Assembly (NCBI GenBank): GCA_043228905.1
Contig: JBHGNT010000301.1
Span: forward strand, 1 to 37,339
Length of the DNA stretch: 37,339 nt
Reading direction: 5' to 3'
Origin: Azolla caroliniana
Lineage: Eukaryota; Plantae; Polypodiophyta
Part shown: positions 12,410-23,332 of the stretch, one piece after another
Layout: the number at the start of each line of letters is the position of its first letter
How positions within the stretch are numbered: position 1 is the first letter of the stretch
The notes under the pieces: generated by a model
Databases searched by the model: none
What the model was told of the DNA's origin: nothing
Seen by the model: the letters and a program-made list of their open reading frames with translations, nothing else
Made by a program: the position numbers and the translations under genes

Positions 12410-12975
12410 CCATCAACCATTTCGTGCAAATGTATTCATATGGAGAGTCATGATTGGTGTGCTTACATTAGGTTCAACCTTAAAGAGATGAGGACCAAGT
12501 TTCTTTTGCACCATTCCATTGGAGGACAATACACATAGGTTCATTAAATGTCCTATAGCATGTACCATTTGGAAGTATTTATCGGATGTTTGGCAAGTTT
12601 TAACCCGTTATTATTTGAGACCTCAACAATGGGGTTTTTTCAGTATGTTTAAACTGGTTCAAATGATGAGATGGAGATATTGTTCCAATTTTTATGTTAC
12701 TGGGGTCGACAACACAATTGGAATATGCGTAATGCTTTCATGTTTGATAGTAAATATGGGGTGAAAACATATATAAAGAAGTTGAAATGTATTCTTATGT
12801 GGAATTTCTAGATGTTAGAGCATGTGGGGATCATTTCCTCAAATGCATATTCAGGTTTTCTAATGACATTACAGGATGTCCCTCTCCCTACATAGGATAG
12901 GTAGGTATAGGAGACTAAGTAGTGTTGGAACTATGGATTTTACATACAATTAATACAATTGTGCCCATTTATAAT
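12407..12975 (+). mobile_element. 5'-truncated L1/Tx1-like LINE 3' end (zf-RVT region), decayed
   Basis: EDNTHRFIKCPIACTIWKYLSDVWQVLTRYYLRPQQW is homologous to 17660-17900 (+) and 26484-26681 (-). Ends in TAATACAATTGTGC..(AG)n. Confidence 0.8.
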
Positions 12976-12989
12976 AGAGAGAGAGAGAG

Positions 12990-13176
12990 CCCAGTTGATA
13001 AGGTTGCCCAATGCAGACTAGTTGGTCATGGGTTCAACCCCTACGTTCCATAGTGGCATCTTCTCTAGTGAAATAGAGATTATATGAAGTATATAATAGA
13101 GAGGTGAGGAATCTGGGTTTTGAACCCAAGACACAATGCTTGTAATGTTATCGACTTACCACTAGGGTAAGCTAAT
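12990..13176 (+). mobile_element. ~190-bp tRNA-derived repeat with two convergent tRNA-like heads (copy A)
   Basis: B box GGTTCAACCCC at 13031-13041 (+). The opposite strand has A-like TACCCTAGTGG and B-like GGTTCAAAACC (about 13115-13170). Aligns along its length with 25973-26170 (-). Confidence 0.7.
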
Positions 13177-14132
13177 TACAATAAAGAAAGAGAGGAAAAA
13201 AAACACTTAGAGTGGAGAGGGGAAGAAGAAGCGAAATTATTTTTATTGTTGCGCTCTCTACCTGTAACGGAATTGAGCATAAAGACATGCGTTCGAAAGC
13301 CCTCGATTAGAGCTTCATAACGAGATATAACAAGTTAAATTTGGTGGTATGTGCAAGAAGCAACGATATAAATAAGGAATCTTGTGTTATTGTCATCCAT
13401 ATACTCAACACACAGTGTGGGTCTTCTATTGTATTCATCATCTTCGACATCTTCAATCGGGTGAGTTCTGGTTATCTTTCTTGTTCATGGAAAATTGTTT
13501 TTATCCTGGATTGCTATCACATCAAGAATAATGGATATGAACATGAATTCCTCTCAAATTGTGGGGGACATTGATATGGACACAATTGATCCAAAATAGA
13601 GTAATGTGATGGTTGAATGTAATGGTGAAAGGGAAGACATTGGAAGCTCTAAGAGGTCAGTTTTTGGTTCGAGAAATCACTTTTTATGGCGAGGTTGTGT
13701 GGGTGGTTGGGATTTATGCCCCTAACCAAGCCACTCAATGTATTACATTATGGGGCTCACTCCGTCAAACTCTATGTGTGGGTCGTCCAAGATTATTTAT
13801 GGGTGATTTTAACATGTGTGTTGATGCATCTCAATCTACGTCTGAACATTCAATCATGGATGATCCTGAGCAACTTGCTTGAGATTCATTAGTTATGGAG
13901 GTTCTGAAGTTAGATGTTTGGACATGGTTGCATGGGAATGATCCAACATAGACAAACATGGAGTCGGTTAGATAAAATGTATGTGATGCACAATGATTCT
14001 TTTTTACTGACATCACTTCGTATGACAATTTTACAAGATGTAAGAACTTCATATCACTTTCCTATTTGTTTGGAGGTTCGTGGTCATGCAATTGACATGT
14101 ATAAGTCTTTACTTGGAAAGCCTCCATTACAC

Positions 14133-14673
14133 TAGCAATGGAACTGATTTCGGCTCAAACCGAACCGAACTGAAAAACCGTGGCTTAACGGTTTATAGGT
14201 TCAAAAATAAATAAATTTTTTGGTTTGGTTTCAAATGTTACTAATCGGTTTAAGGTCGGTTTTGAATTTACCGGTTTATCAGCTTATCGATTTCGGTTTA
14301 TGTGGTTTGGTTTAAAGGCTTAAAGGTTTATAGGTTAAAAAACACTCATAAAATTTCCCTATAGGCTCTAACTTTCAACTTTTAATTTTAAACTCTAGTT
14401 TTAACTTATTTAATTTTATACACATTATATGTAGAGTCTCCTTTTCATTTATGATGATCAAATTTATGATAAGTATGATGACAAAATTGATTATGATTTT
14501 CTCACACAAATTTATAATAAGTATGATGATTAATATCAATAAAAAATGGTTTAATTTGGTTTGGTTTAAATGGCTTCAAAAATTTGAAAAAGTTTGGTTT
14601 CGTTTTTATTATTAATAAATGGTTTGGTTTGGTTTCAAGGCCAAGAAACCGAACCGAACCGGGCCCATTGCTA
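14133..14673. mobile_element. Non-autonomous hAT-type MITE inserted in the LINE
   Basis: TIRs TAGCAATGG/CCATTGCTA. 8-bp TSD CATTACAC (14125-14132)/CATTACGC (14674-14681). Multiple subterminal AAACCG/CGGTTT motifs. Removing it restores the LINE frame KPPLRFN. Confidence 0.9.
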
Positions 14674-15048
14674 CATTACGCTTTAACTCTTTTCTTTTGC
14701 TTCAACCTCACTTTAATTCTCTCATGGATCAAATTTTGGTAAATTTTTCACAAGAAGTGAATCTTAAAGGAATTAAAGCATGTGATATCACATTACGAAA
14801 TATTAAGATCGTTCATCGTATGTATGGAGTAACTAATGCTCAACAAAGAAGAGGTCTTCTTCTAAAATTCTCAGAAGTTCTCTCTAGGTGTAATGCATTA
14901 TTGATACGTGCACCTTTAGATGAGGAGCTTTTGGATATCCAAAGTCAATTGCATGTTATTATTTCTTAGTTGCAATGCCTATTTCTTTGATGGGGGGTGG
15001 TATAAGATATTTAAAAAGGTCTTGGCAAATAGATAACAAAAGTATTTG

Positions 15049-15451
15049 CCAAAGTTGATACATCCCGCCTAATATGGTTTTATTGCAAGTAAGAATATAT
15101 CGCATAATGTGTTGAATGTTCAAATGGCCATGGATTATGCTCGAAACACTCATCAAGATTTTATTATGGTGCAATTAGATTTGGAGAAAGCTTATGATCA
15201 TGTTAATTGGTTCTTTGTTTCTAGGTTAATCATACAATGGGCTTTGGACCCAAAGTTGATACATCCCGCCTAATATGGTTTTATTGCAGGTAAGAATATA
15301 TCGCATAATGTGTTGAATGTTCAAATGGCCATGGATTATGCTCGAAACACTCATCAAGATTTTATTATGGTGCAATTAGATTTGGAGAAAGCTTATGATC
15401 ATGTTAATTGGTTCTTTGTTTCTAGGTTAATCATACAATGGGCTTTGGACC
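15049..15451. repeat. 201-bp tandem duplication inside LINE RT
   Basis: CCAAAGTTGATACATCCCGCC starts at 15049 and 15250. One substitution seen (GCAAGT/GCAGGT). CC microhomology at the junction. Confidence 0.95.
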
Positions 15452-15986
15452 TCATATGCCTCGCTTCATATTTTTATTAGGACAAAATGCGGTATCTCGA
15501 GTAATTCTTAATGGGGGAGTTACATCATATATTTACCTCACAAGATTCGTTCATCAAGGATGCCCCATTAGTCCATTGTTGTTTGCTATTGTTACTCATC
15601 CCTTGTTAGTGATGCTATCCAAGCTTGCAACAAATGGTGATATTGTGGGTCTACACCTTCCGTATGGAGGGCAACTAGTAGCACAAGCTTTGGGTGATGA
15701 TTCTTTCATGTTTCTACAAGCCTCACGAGAGAATCTTGAGAAAGGGATGCTCGTATGGAATCAATTTGTATTGGCTTCCAGATTACATATTAATTGGAGG
15801 AAATCTAGTCTCATATCATGTACTGAAAGTTTGGAATGTTTAGGATGGCAAGGATCCGTAGTGAAGAAAGACTCTATTTTCTGACACTTGGGTTATCCAT
15901 TAGGAATGAATGTTACAAATGGTCAATTGATTGAATGGATGTCTAGTAAGTTGAGGGGTACGTTCATGTATTGGAAGTCACAATCT

Positions 15987-16652
15987 TGGCCATTTGATGT
16001 ATGCTTGAAGGTTGTACAATGTATTATGGAACCCATGATATTATATTACTTGTCATTGTTGCCATGCACAAAGAAGGCTTTGCATTCTATTTTGCAACCT
16101 CTTTGATATTTGTTGTGGAAGAAGAGGGATAAGATGGGAATCAGTTGGGTTGCATGGAATCATCTAGCAATCCCTAAGCGCTTGGAGGGGGGGGGGGGGT
16201 GGAATATTGAACTTATCTAAGCATATGATGGCTTGTAGATTTTCATTATAACAAGATATGTGTTCAAATTCACAACCATGGATATCTATTGTTCAATATT
16301 TCATAGGGGTTTGACACATGGCCATTTGATGTATGCTTGAAGGTTGTACAATGTATTATGGAACCCATGATATTATATTACTTGTCATTGTTGCCATGCA
16401 CAAAGAAGGCTTTGCATTCTATTTTGCAACCTCTTTGATATTTGTTGTGGAAGAAGAGGGATAAGATGGGAATCAGTTGGGTTGCATGGAATCATCTAGC
16501 AATCCCTAAGCGCTTGGAGGGGGGGGGGGGTGGAATATTGAACTTATCTAAGCATATGATGGCTTGTAGATTTTCATTATAACAAGATATGTGTTCAAAT
16601 TCACAACCATGGATATCTATTGTTCAATATTTCATAGGGGTTTGACACATGG
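15987..16652. repeat. ~332-bp tandem duplication inside LINE
   Basis: TGGCCATTTGATGTATGC starts at 15987 and 16319. The copies look identical except for poly-G length. TGG microhomology at the junction. Confidence 0.95.
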
Positions 16653-16950
16653 GAGGACAACGATTAAGGCTTCATGGTAGCAATTACTGAATGGATGTAT
16701 TTCACTTAGGATTCTAGGCTCTACATGTGTTCAACACTTGGTTACCTCATGGCAAGAAGCACTCTTGTTATGTGTATGGAAACCATCATCTAGAGAGAGC
16801 ATTGTAATTCTTTGCAAAAAGAGTTGTTTGTGTCTTCTCAGTTATTATGTTGGTCAGGAAAGGAGAGATTGCGCTCTCAATTTAATCGTTTGTTTTGTTT
16901 GGGGGTCAAAGAGGTGTGAGATATATTTGAGGCTCCATCTCAAAGAATTT

Positions 16951-17516
16951 TGGAGTTTGTTGAAGCGCGACAATTATTATGCATTCTGCCTAATTATGGG
17001 TTTATTTGGCAACAACTACAAAATCTCGCATTGATGCAAGGTCCCTTACCTCTACAAATAGGAGAACAACCATGGCTTGATTGGTGTTTAAAGGGTCAAA
17101 TGTCATTGTTACAAGTGACTACTAATCTTTTGTATCATTGCTTTGTTGAGTCTCTTGGATGGTTATCATATAAGACTGAAGAAGAATGGAGATTACACAA
17201 ATCTGATCATGCAGTTGAGTCTCTTGGATGGTTATCATATAAGACTGAAGAAGAATGGAGTTTGTTGAAGCGCGACAATTATTATGCATTCTGCCTAATT
17301 ATGGGTTTATTTGGCAACAACTACAAAATCTCGCATTGATGCAAGGTCCCTTACCTCTACAAATAGGAGAACAACCATGGCTTGATTGGTGTTTAAAGGG
17401 TCAAATGTCATTGTTACAAGTGACTACTAATCTTTTGTATCATTGCTTTGTTGAGTCTCTTGGATGGTTATCATATAAGACTGAAGAAGAATGGAGATTA
17501 CACAAATCTGATCATG
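16951..17516. repeat. Complex tandem duplication (~261 bp plus a templated 47-bp insert) inside LINE
   Basis: 16951-17211 is repeated at 17256-17516. The intervening 17214-17260 copies 17145-17191. Confidence 0.9.
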
Positions 17517-17902
17517 GGTGGTGGTAGATCTTACAACGTAGTTGGCATTCTAAATGGACACTTGTAGCAAAGGTCTTTATTTGGAGAGTTTTGGTTGGAG
17601 GATTGCCTTTGGGATTAGCTCTAAAGTGTCATGGATTAGCAACGTGTAATTGTTTCTTTTGCACTGTTCAATTGGAAGAATACTCATCGATTTATACAAT
17701 GCCCGATTGCTTGTCAAATTTGGAGTTACATTTCTCAAATTTGGCAAGTTTGATCACGGTGTTATTTGACACCTAGACAATGGGTGTTTGCACAATTTAC
17801 ACAGGTTGACCCAAAATTAGAGATGGAGATCATTTTTCTATTTCGGAGATATTGGGGATTGCGTTATAATTGGAATGTGCGCAACGCTTTTGTATTCGAC
17901 GA

Positions 17903-18643
17903 TGTCGTCAAGATTCCGAGCCATGCTGAGAAACCAGGGAATATCAGAAGCATCGGCGAAGTGCATCATGTGCACTTACCCTTGTATAAACGTGTGAATA
18001 ATAGGGGTGCCCTTATGGTGCCGAGTAGGAGTTAAGTCGGGATAGAGAATCCCATGTAAATCGGGATTTATCCCACATTGTTACACATCCCTCTCCTTGT
18101 TCTATAAAAGGAAGGGAGGGTCCCTTGTGGAGGGGTTGCCCATTTTGAGTTAGGAGGGTATACCGTTAGATTTAGTGTTTGGTAGTTCTTAGTCTTCATA
18201 TTTCTCTTACTCACTTAGGGTTTGTACTTTGGTCTTTTCACCCTATTTCGTTTAGGGTTTCATCTTGGCAGTTTCTTCTTCTTCTTACTTTCTTATTTTT
18301 GGTTAGGGTTCTTCGACTTCTTCTTCTCCTTCGTGTCTGTTTAGGGTTTAGTTCGGTGAGGAGCTTGTATGTTCAATGGGGTTTGCTTCTGCTTGGTCTC
18401 CTATGCAAGACCCCGCTTGGTGCGACGAGCTCGAGAGCTCCCCAATTGGCGGCTTGGCAATAGATGACTGTTGTAACCTAACCTACCTTGGTCCGACTCA
18501 AAGCCGGAGTTGTATCTTGCTCTTGTAACTATACATATAAAGAGTTGTGCATATTTGTGTCTCTAGTGGTGCCAGGTGCGTTTCTTTCCCCTTTGTTTCC
18601 TGTACATAAGAGGTGTGTGTTGAGTCAGTGTTGCGTGTGTGGG

Positions 18644-18645
<2 letters not shown>
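17903..18645 (+). mobile_element. LTR-like sequence truncating the LINE
   Basis: LINE homology stops at about 17899 and the new sequence begins TGTCG. It contains TATA-like CTATAAAAG followed by T/C-rich leader-like sequence with repeated TTAGGGTT. No 3' CA end or TSD identified. Confidence 0.5.
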
Positions 18646-18689
<44 letters not shown>

Positions 18690-18692
<3 letters not shown>

Positions 18693-19451
18693 ATATAAAA
18701 CACATCTTTTTCCTATTCCACTGCACAGAATCATACCATTCGATTCCCCTCTATTGCGACAATATGAGCAGTATTTATCTGGCTTGGAACCATTGTTCCA
18801 TGCACGGACGAAGCATATCAAAGTGCACTATCACTTCATTCGAGAGTGCGTTCAGGTAGGAGATGTCGATCTCCAACACATCAACCTGAATCTACATATG
18901 GCCGACATCTTCACGAAAGTCGTAGGAGCCAACAACCTTCGATGATTCATGTCAAGCCTTCGACTAACAATCCCTGACTTGCCTAGCTTGAGGGGGAGAA
19001 ACCGTACAATGTCCGAACCGGATACCGGCCGAAGTGGACAGCAACCGAAGTAGCCGACCAAAGTTGAGCTTGAGGGGGCGTGTTGAGAATCAAGCTCAAC
19101 CTAGTCTAGTGTGTGAACACACCCTTGAGAGTGTATGAACACTCAAAGGTCAAAAGTCACCACTACTTTTGTAACATTAACTATGTGTCATAGAATCATA
19201 TTCTATTACACAGAACTAGTGAGTTTCCACATTCCCCATGACCGATGAGCTTCGGTAGTTAATGAAGAGAGAGGGTGACTATATAAAGCACCCTCCTCCT
19301 ACTTTGTAATGTGTCGGTTAATCTCCTTTGTAATATACATCTCTTGAGTATTTTATTTTTCTAATCTATCTGGTGTCTCTCTCCTCACCTCTTCTCAAAC
19401 ACATACACACACACATACATCTCTAACCTATTCCGCTGCATAGAATCACCA
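18690..19451 (+). mobile_element. Ty1/Copia remnant: RNase H end, PPT and 3' LTR
   Basis: IPLYCDNMSSIYLA../LFHARTKHIKVHYHFIRE...ADIFTK is the Copia RNase H motif set. PPT TTGAGGGGGCG at about 19070-19080 is followed by TGTTG at 19081. The LTR contains TATATAAA and ends at about 19448-19451 (CA). Confidence 0.9.
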
Positions 19452-19454
19452 TCA

Positions 19455-20665
19455 ATTCTTTATAGGCCTCATAAAAGATATGCAAAATGTTCGGTTCATT
19501 CGGAGCCGATTCGGCTGAGCCTATAGGGGTCGCGTTCAAGGTTGGGTTCGGGTTTAGGGTCAGCTCAGTTGGTTCCTCGTTCTGTTTGTCATTCCACGGG
19601 GTTGCTTGAGGTGATTGTTGGGATGGTTGTTTCTGTGTGGTCGTCTCGACAGCAAATGGCTGCTCTTCAACGCTTTTAGTGGTTTGGGGAGATATGGGGG
19701 TTGCGTTCTTGGACCCAGTCAGGGAATGCCCGCTTGATTCCCTGTCGGGAAGCTGGATGGTTTCCGGCTCTTCCTCTATCTCTTTCTCTTTCTCTGCTCA
19801 GAATCTTTTGGCTTTATATGCCTCTAACTCCAGCCCGTAGTCGAGTTGATCGCCTCCCAACTCCTCAAGTAGCTGCATTATTTCTGCGTAGTGGTGTTCC
19901 GTGAGGGCTTTGTAGTCATTCGCCAGTTTTTCCCTGATGGCGGTGATGCTTTCCGCGTTAAGCTTGTAGAACCCTCGATCGTCCTTCCTTCTGTTCTCTT
20001 GGTCTGCCTAAAGAATTATGAAGTTCGGCTGCTTGTGCGGACCAGTCCTCCCATCCTCATTGCATTCTGTCGGAGGTCATTTGTGTGGTTGACTCCCTTC
20101 GATTAGTGATCAATGTTTCGATTTGTTTATGGTACTTCGAGTTGCTTAATTTTGCTTGCAGCATGCCCTGATTGTACAACGTTGCGGTCTTGGATTAGAG
20201 CCATGTTCGTCTGCAAGATTTTAAGTTCCTTGTCATGCAACCCTTCCATATGTGCCATTTCTTGCTGCATTCGGAGCTGGATTTCCTCCGCCCATTTTCG
20301 CTCGGTCACCATTTGCTCCTCGTACTATTCGTTTTGTTTCTTGTTGGTCTCCCTCTATTTCTGGAGCGCCGCCTTGGCCCGTGCTACGACTTCTTTCTGT
20401 TCATCGAGGGCAGCGATGGCTTGGTTGTGAGTTGTCACCGACTCGTCAAGTTTGTCTTGAAGCGCCTTTAGACTTTTTTGGGTAGTAGCCTAAATGCTCA
20501 TTTCTCTATCTAATGATTGTGGGAGTTCTAATCGAAGCCGGTCGATTTCTGTTTCGGCACCGTTAACGCATGTTGTGCCTCGACCTCCTCCCACACTGCA
20601 TGTACTTCAGTTGTTGAGGGGCCGATCATGTTTGTTGCCGAATTGGCTTCTTACCGTTGCCGCTC
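19455..20665 (-). mobile_element. Decayed coiled-coil ORF, probably retrotransposon gag-like or accessory
   Basis: GC-richer block. The minus strand reads a long E/Q/K-rich heptad-like peptide (ETEIDRLRLEL...DEQKEVVARAKAALQK*RETNKKQNE*YEEQMVTERKWAEEIQLRMQQE) broken by stops. It sits inside a TE nest. Family not recognised. Confidence 0.4.
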
Positions 20666-20669
20666 TAAT

Positions 20670-21265
20670 TGTTCAAATGGTTTATCTTTTTTTTTGGTTC
20701 TTGACGATCATAATTCTTGTTTTAGAGTTGTTGACACTTAATTTATTATGCATGCAATTTTTTTCCAATGCCATCATAAGCTTTTGTGCATCTCCTAAAG
20801 TTTTTGCAAAAAACACTACATCGTCCGCATAAAACAAAAGCATAATGGCAACATTCCCAATGGCAACTTCATCAACGCCTTCTTCCTTTACAAACTTGGC
20901 AACTATTTCCTCTAATTCATCAATGCATAGGCCATATATAGTTGGTGAGTGTGGGCATCCTTTGTTAACACCAATAGTGCTATTGAAAAAATATGAATAC
21001 TTATAACTCACACATACACACAACATATAACCTTCTCATAGATTCAAGAAATTGCAACCATATATTCACTTGGTTCCTCGAGTTCTTCCATTCTGCTCCA
21101 AAGATGCCCACGAGATACCATATCAAAAGCTTTCTTGAAGTCTACGAAGCAACAATGTAAACTTTTACCTCTCAAGTGACTTCCCTCCATTAATTTCGAA
21201 GGATGATGCTAATGTGATTAATGGTACTATGGTCTTTTCGAAATTGAGCTTGTCCATAAGCTCTC
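20670..21265 (-). mobile_element. RTE-like LINE reverse transcriptase fragment
   Basis: GQAQFRKDHST, CFVDFKKAFDMV, GVNKGCPHSPT, LFYADDVV, VNNSKTRIM motifs with frameshifts. Confidence 0.88.
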
Positions 21266-22889
21266 TGATTTGTAGTCCAATCATACGACATGCCATGTTG
21301 CAAAACATGATTAAACATATCACTTATTCATGCACGTGCTTCCCTTATCATCCATTTGAGCATTTTAGCCTTTATACATTGAAGATCGGTTGCCTTTTGA
21401 GAGGCTAATTTCTTAAGTCCTATGCATATATCTTTGATTGTAAAGAAGCGAGACATATGTGAAAGAGAACCGTAACACATCATCTTTCCAACAAGAGATA
21501 GCTCATATAAATTCTTACGATGGATAGACCATAGTACGTAAAATTCTTTAAATCACAACTACATGATTTGGCTTCTTTAAAAGAATACTTAGTTCATACA
21601 ATTAGTGATCTCATATAAGTTGAGACCTCTCTTGAAGGTAGTGGTACTCCATTGGCACAAGCACGTAATCCCTTTCTTGTCTGGTCTGGAATAAACCATC
21701 ATTGCAGGTGATTCCAGAGGTGTACATCAATGACAAAACCAGTTAAGGCTATTTAGACCAGAGGCAAAGGTGTTTCAATAACAAACCAATACAGGCTATT
21801 AGACTAGAGGCAAACCAACCTACGCCTCCTTGAATGCAAACAACATTTTCCATTTTTCTTAATGCTACAATTAGTTGCAATATTATGAGGACATTATTCT
21901 AACGCATCTCAGTTACAATAAAGTCTTGAATACAAGAATCATCCACTTTGCTCATCTCCATGACAAACAAAATCACAGCACACTCATGCTGAGTAATTTA
22001 ATCTTTGAATTTTCAACAGATTCACTGATCAGTTATTTAATCTTTGAATCATTTCATTTGATTACAACATTTCTTTTATTATTGTCACTTGAAAGGATGA
22101 TTGCCAGGAAAAAACTATTACTATGTATGTTCCCAAGCCATAATTCTTCAGAGGCCCTTCACATAGTATGAATCAAAGGTCAGAGGTGATTTCGCATGCA
22201 GAGGGTAATTCGTCAGTATTCATAAAACATCTAACTTTGAAAGACAAAACTAATCAGCTTAGACAAGTGAAACTATCAGGGTTTTAAAATTGTGTTGAAC
22301 AATGACTACGCACTAGTAAGAGGAATATTACCTGAGCTAACCTCCAATTTTATTTTGTCACCCCTAACACCCCTGGTCTACCCAAACGAGGAAACGCTAA
22401 TGACTTAACCATAAAACTAGAAAATTACCAGAAATAGCACATGTGATTTATGGAATTACAGAACTACCTAGGGGCATTCGGGGAGAAAGAAAAAATTGGG
22501 TATCTTTATGCATTAAGGGGCCAATGTCAATGTGTCCGGTATGTATATTATTCATATTAAACAGGTTCTAAATGCCTAAGAATGTGTCTATACTGTTTAG
22601 TACAATATCACTGTTTCTAGTTAAGGTGGAAAAATGAGAAACAATATGTAGACTAGAACTTGTATAAATAAAAAAACAGAATTCCCAAAGATATTAAAAC
22701 ATTGACCATAGATCCCTAGAGAATGAAAGCATCTCTCTGATCTGTCCAATGTGCTCTTATTTCCTTTCTATTTTCAAGAAAGGGATGAGTTTGAAATTGC
22801 TTTGCTCTAACATGCCCATCATGGCTTCTTATTCACGAGGTTCTATGAAAGAAACCATTGATCCTCAAATTCATCATCTTTACACAGGT

Positions 22890-22893
22890 TCAG
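22890..22893 (-). CDS. MtATP6: Probable terminal exon of ATP synthase 6 kDa subunit (last base of Ser codon plus TGA)
   Basis: Strong acceptor TTTTTGTAG|C TGA in phase 2, compatible with the donor at 23220. Gives a 55-aa protein. Confidence 0.6.
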
Positions 22894-23220
22894 CTACAAA
22901 AACAGTACACAAAATGGCATGAAATTTCAGATGGAGAATAGTAAGAAAAGAAACATGATTCTTATGCGAAACATTGTAATACACCTTTTCTTCTTGAACA
23001 ATTACTAGAACATGGCTAGATTTTTTTAATAATTACCAGGATAGGCCTACATAGTAACAAAATAAATACTCCATTTTTCTAAGATTTACCAAAATATCCT
23101 TTGGTTGTAAAGGTTCGTTTACCAAGGGGTTCTCTAGTCAATTTTGAAACATAGGAGTGAACACTCAATGAGCTAGAGGTATTTTTGCATTTTTGCCCTA
23201 CTTAAACTCCAACAGTTTAC

Positions 23221-23266
23221 CTTCGGTGATGCTCCTTCACGAAATGAGAGTGCTTTGCATCTTCAG
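23221..23266 (-). CDS. MtATP6: Mitochondrial ATP synthase 6 kDa subunit, coding exon 2
   Basis: Acceptor TCCAG| at 23267, phase 1. Encodes (P)EDAKHSHFVKEHHR, matching the family C-terminus EDAKNS.FV..H. Followed by AG|GTAAAC, which reads through to AGG TAA if unspliced. Confidence 0.88.
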
Positions 23267-23332
23267 CTGGATTGTGCACACATCATGACTTAGTAAAATC
23301 TTTTAAAAAACTACAAAACAGTTCTGTAAACC

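Larger units (their letters stand above)
13660..17899 (+). mobile_element. Decayed L1/Tx1-like LINE ORF2 (APE endonuclease, RT, zf-RVT)
   Basis: Endonuclease motifs GIYAPN, MGDFN, SRLDK, SYHFPI. RT motifs PISL..YKI..KVLANR, QLDLEKAYDHVNW, HQGCPISPLLF, GDDS, LGYPL. C-terminal CFFC...HRFIQC. Has stops, frameshifts, an apparent linker deletion near 14968 and internal duplications. Confidence 0.92.

Noticed and set aside
18210-18350. Interstitial telomeric repeats (TTAGGGTT)
   Set aside because: These are isolated single motifs within LTR-like sequence, not a tandem array.
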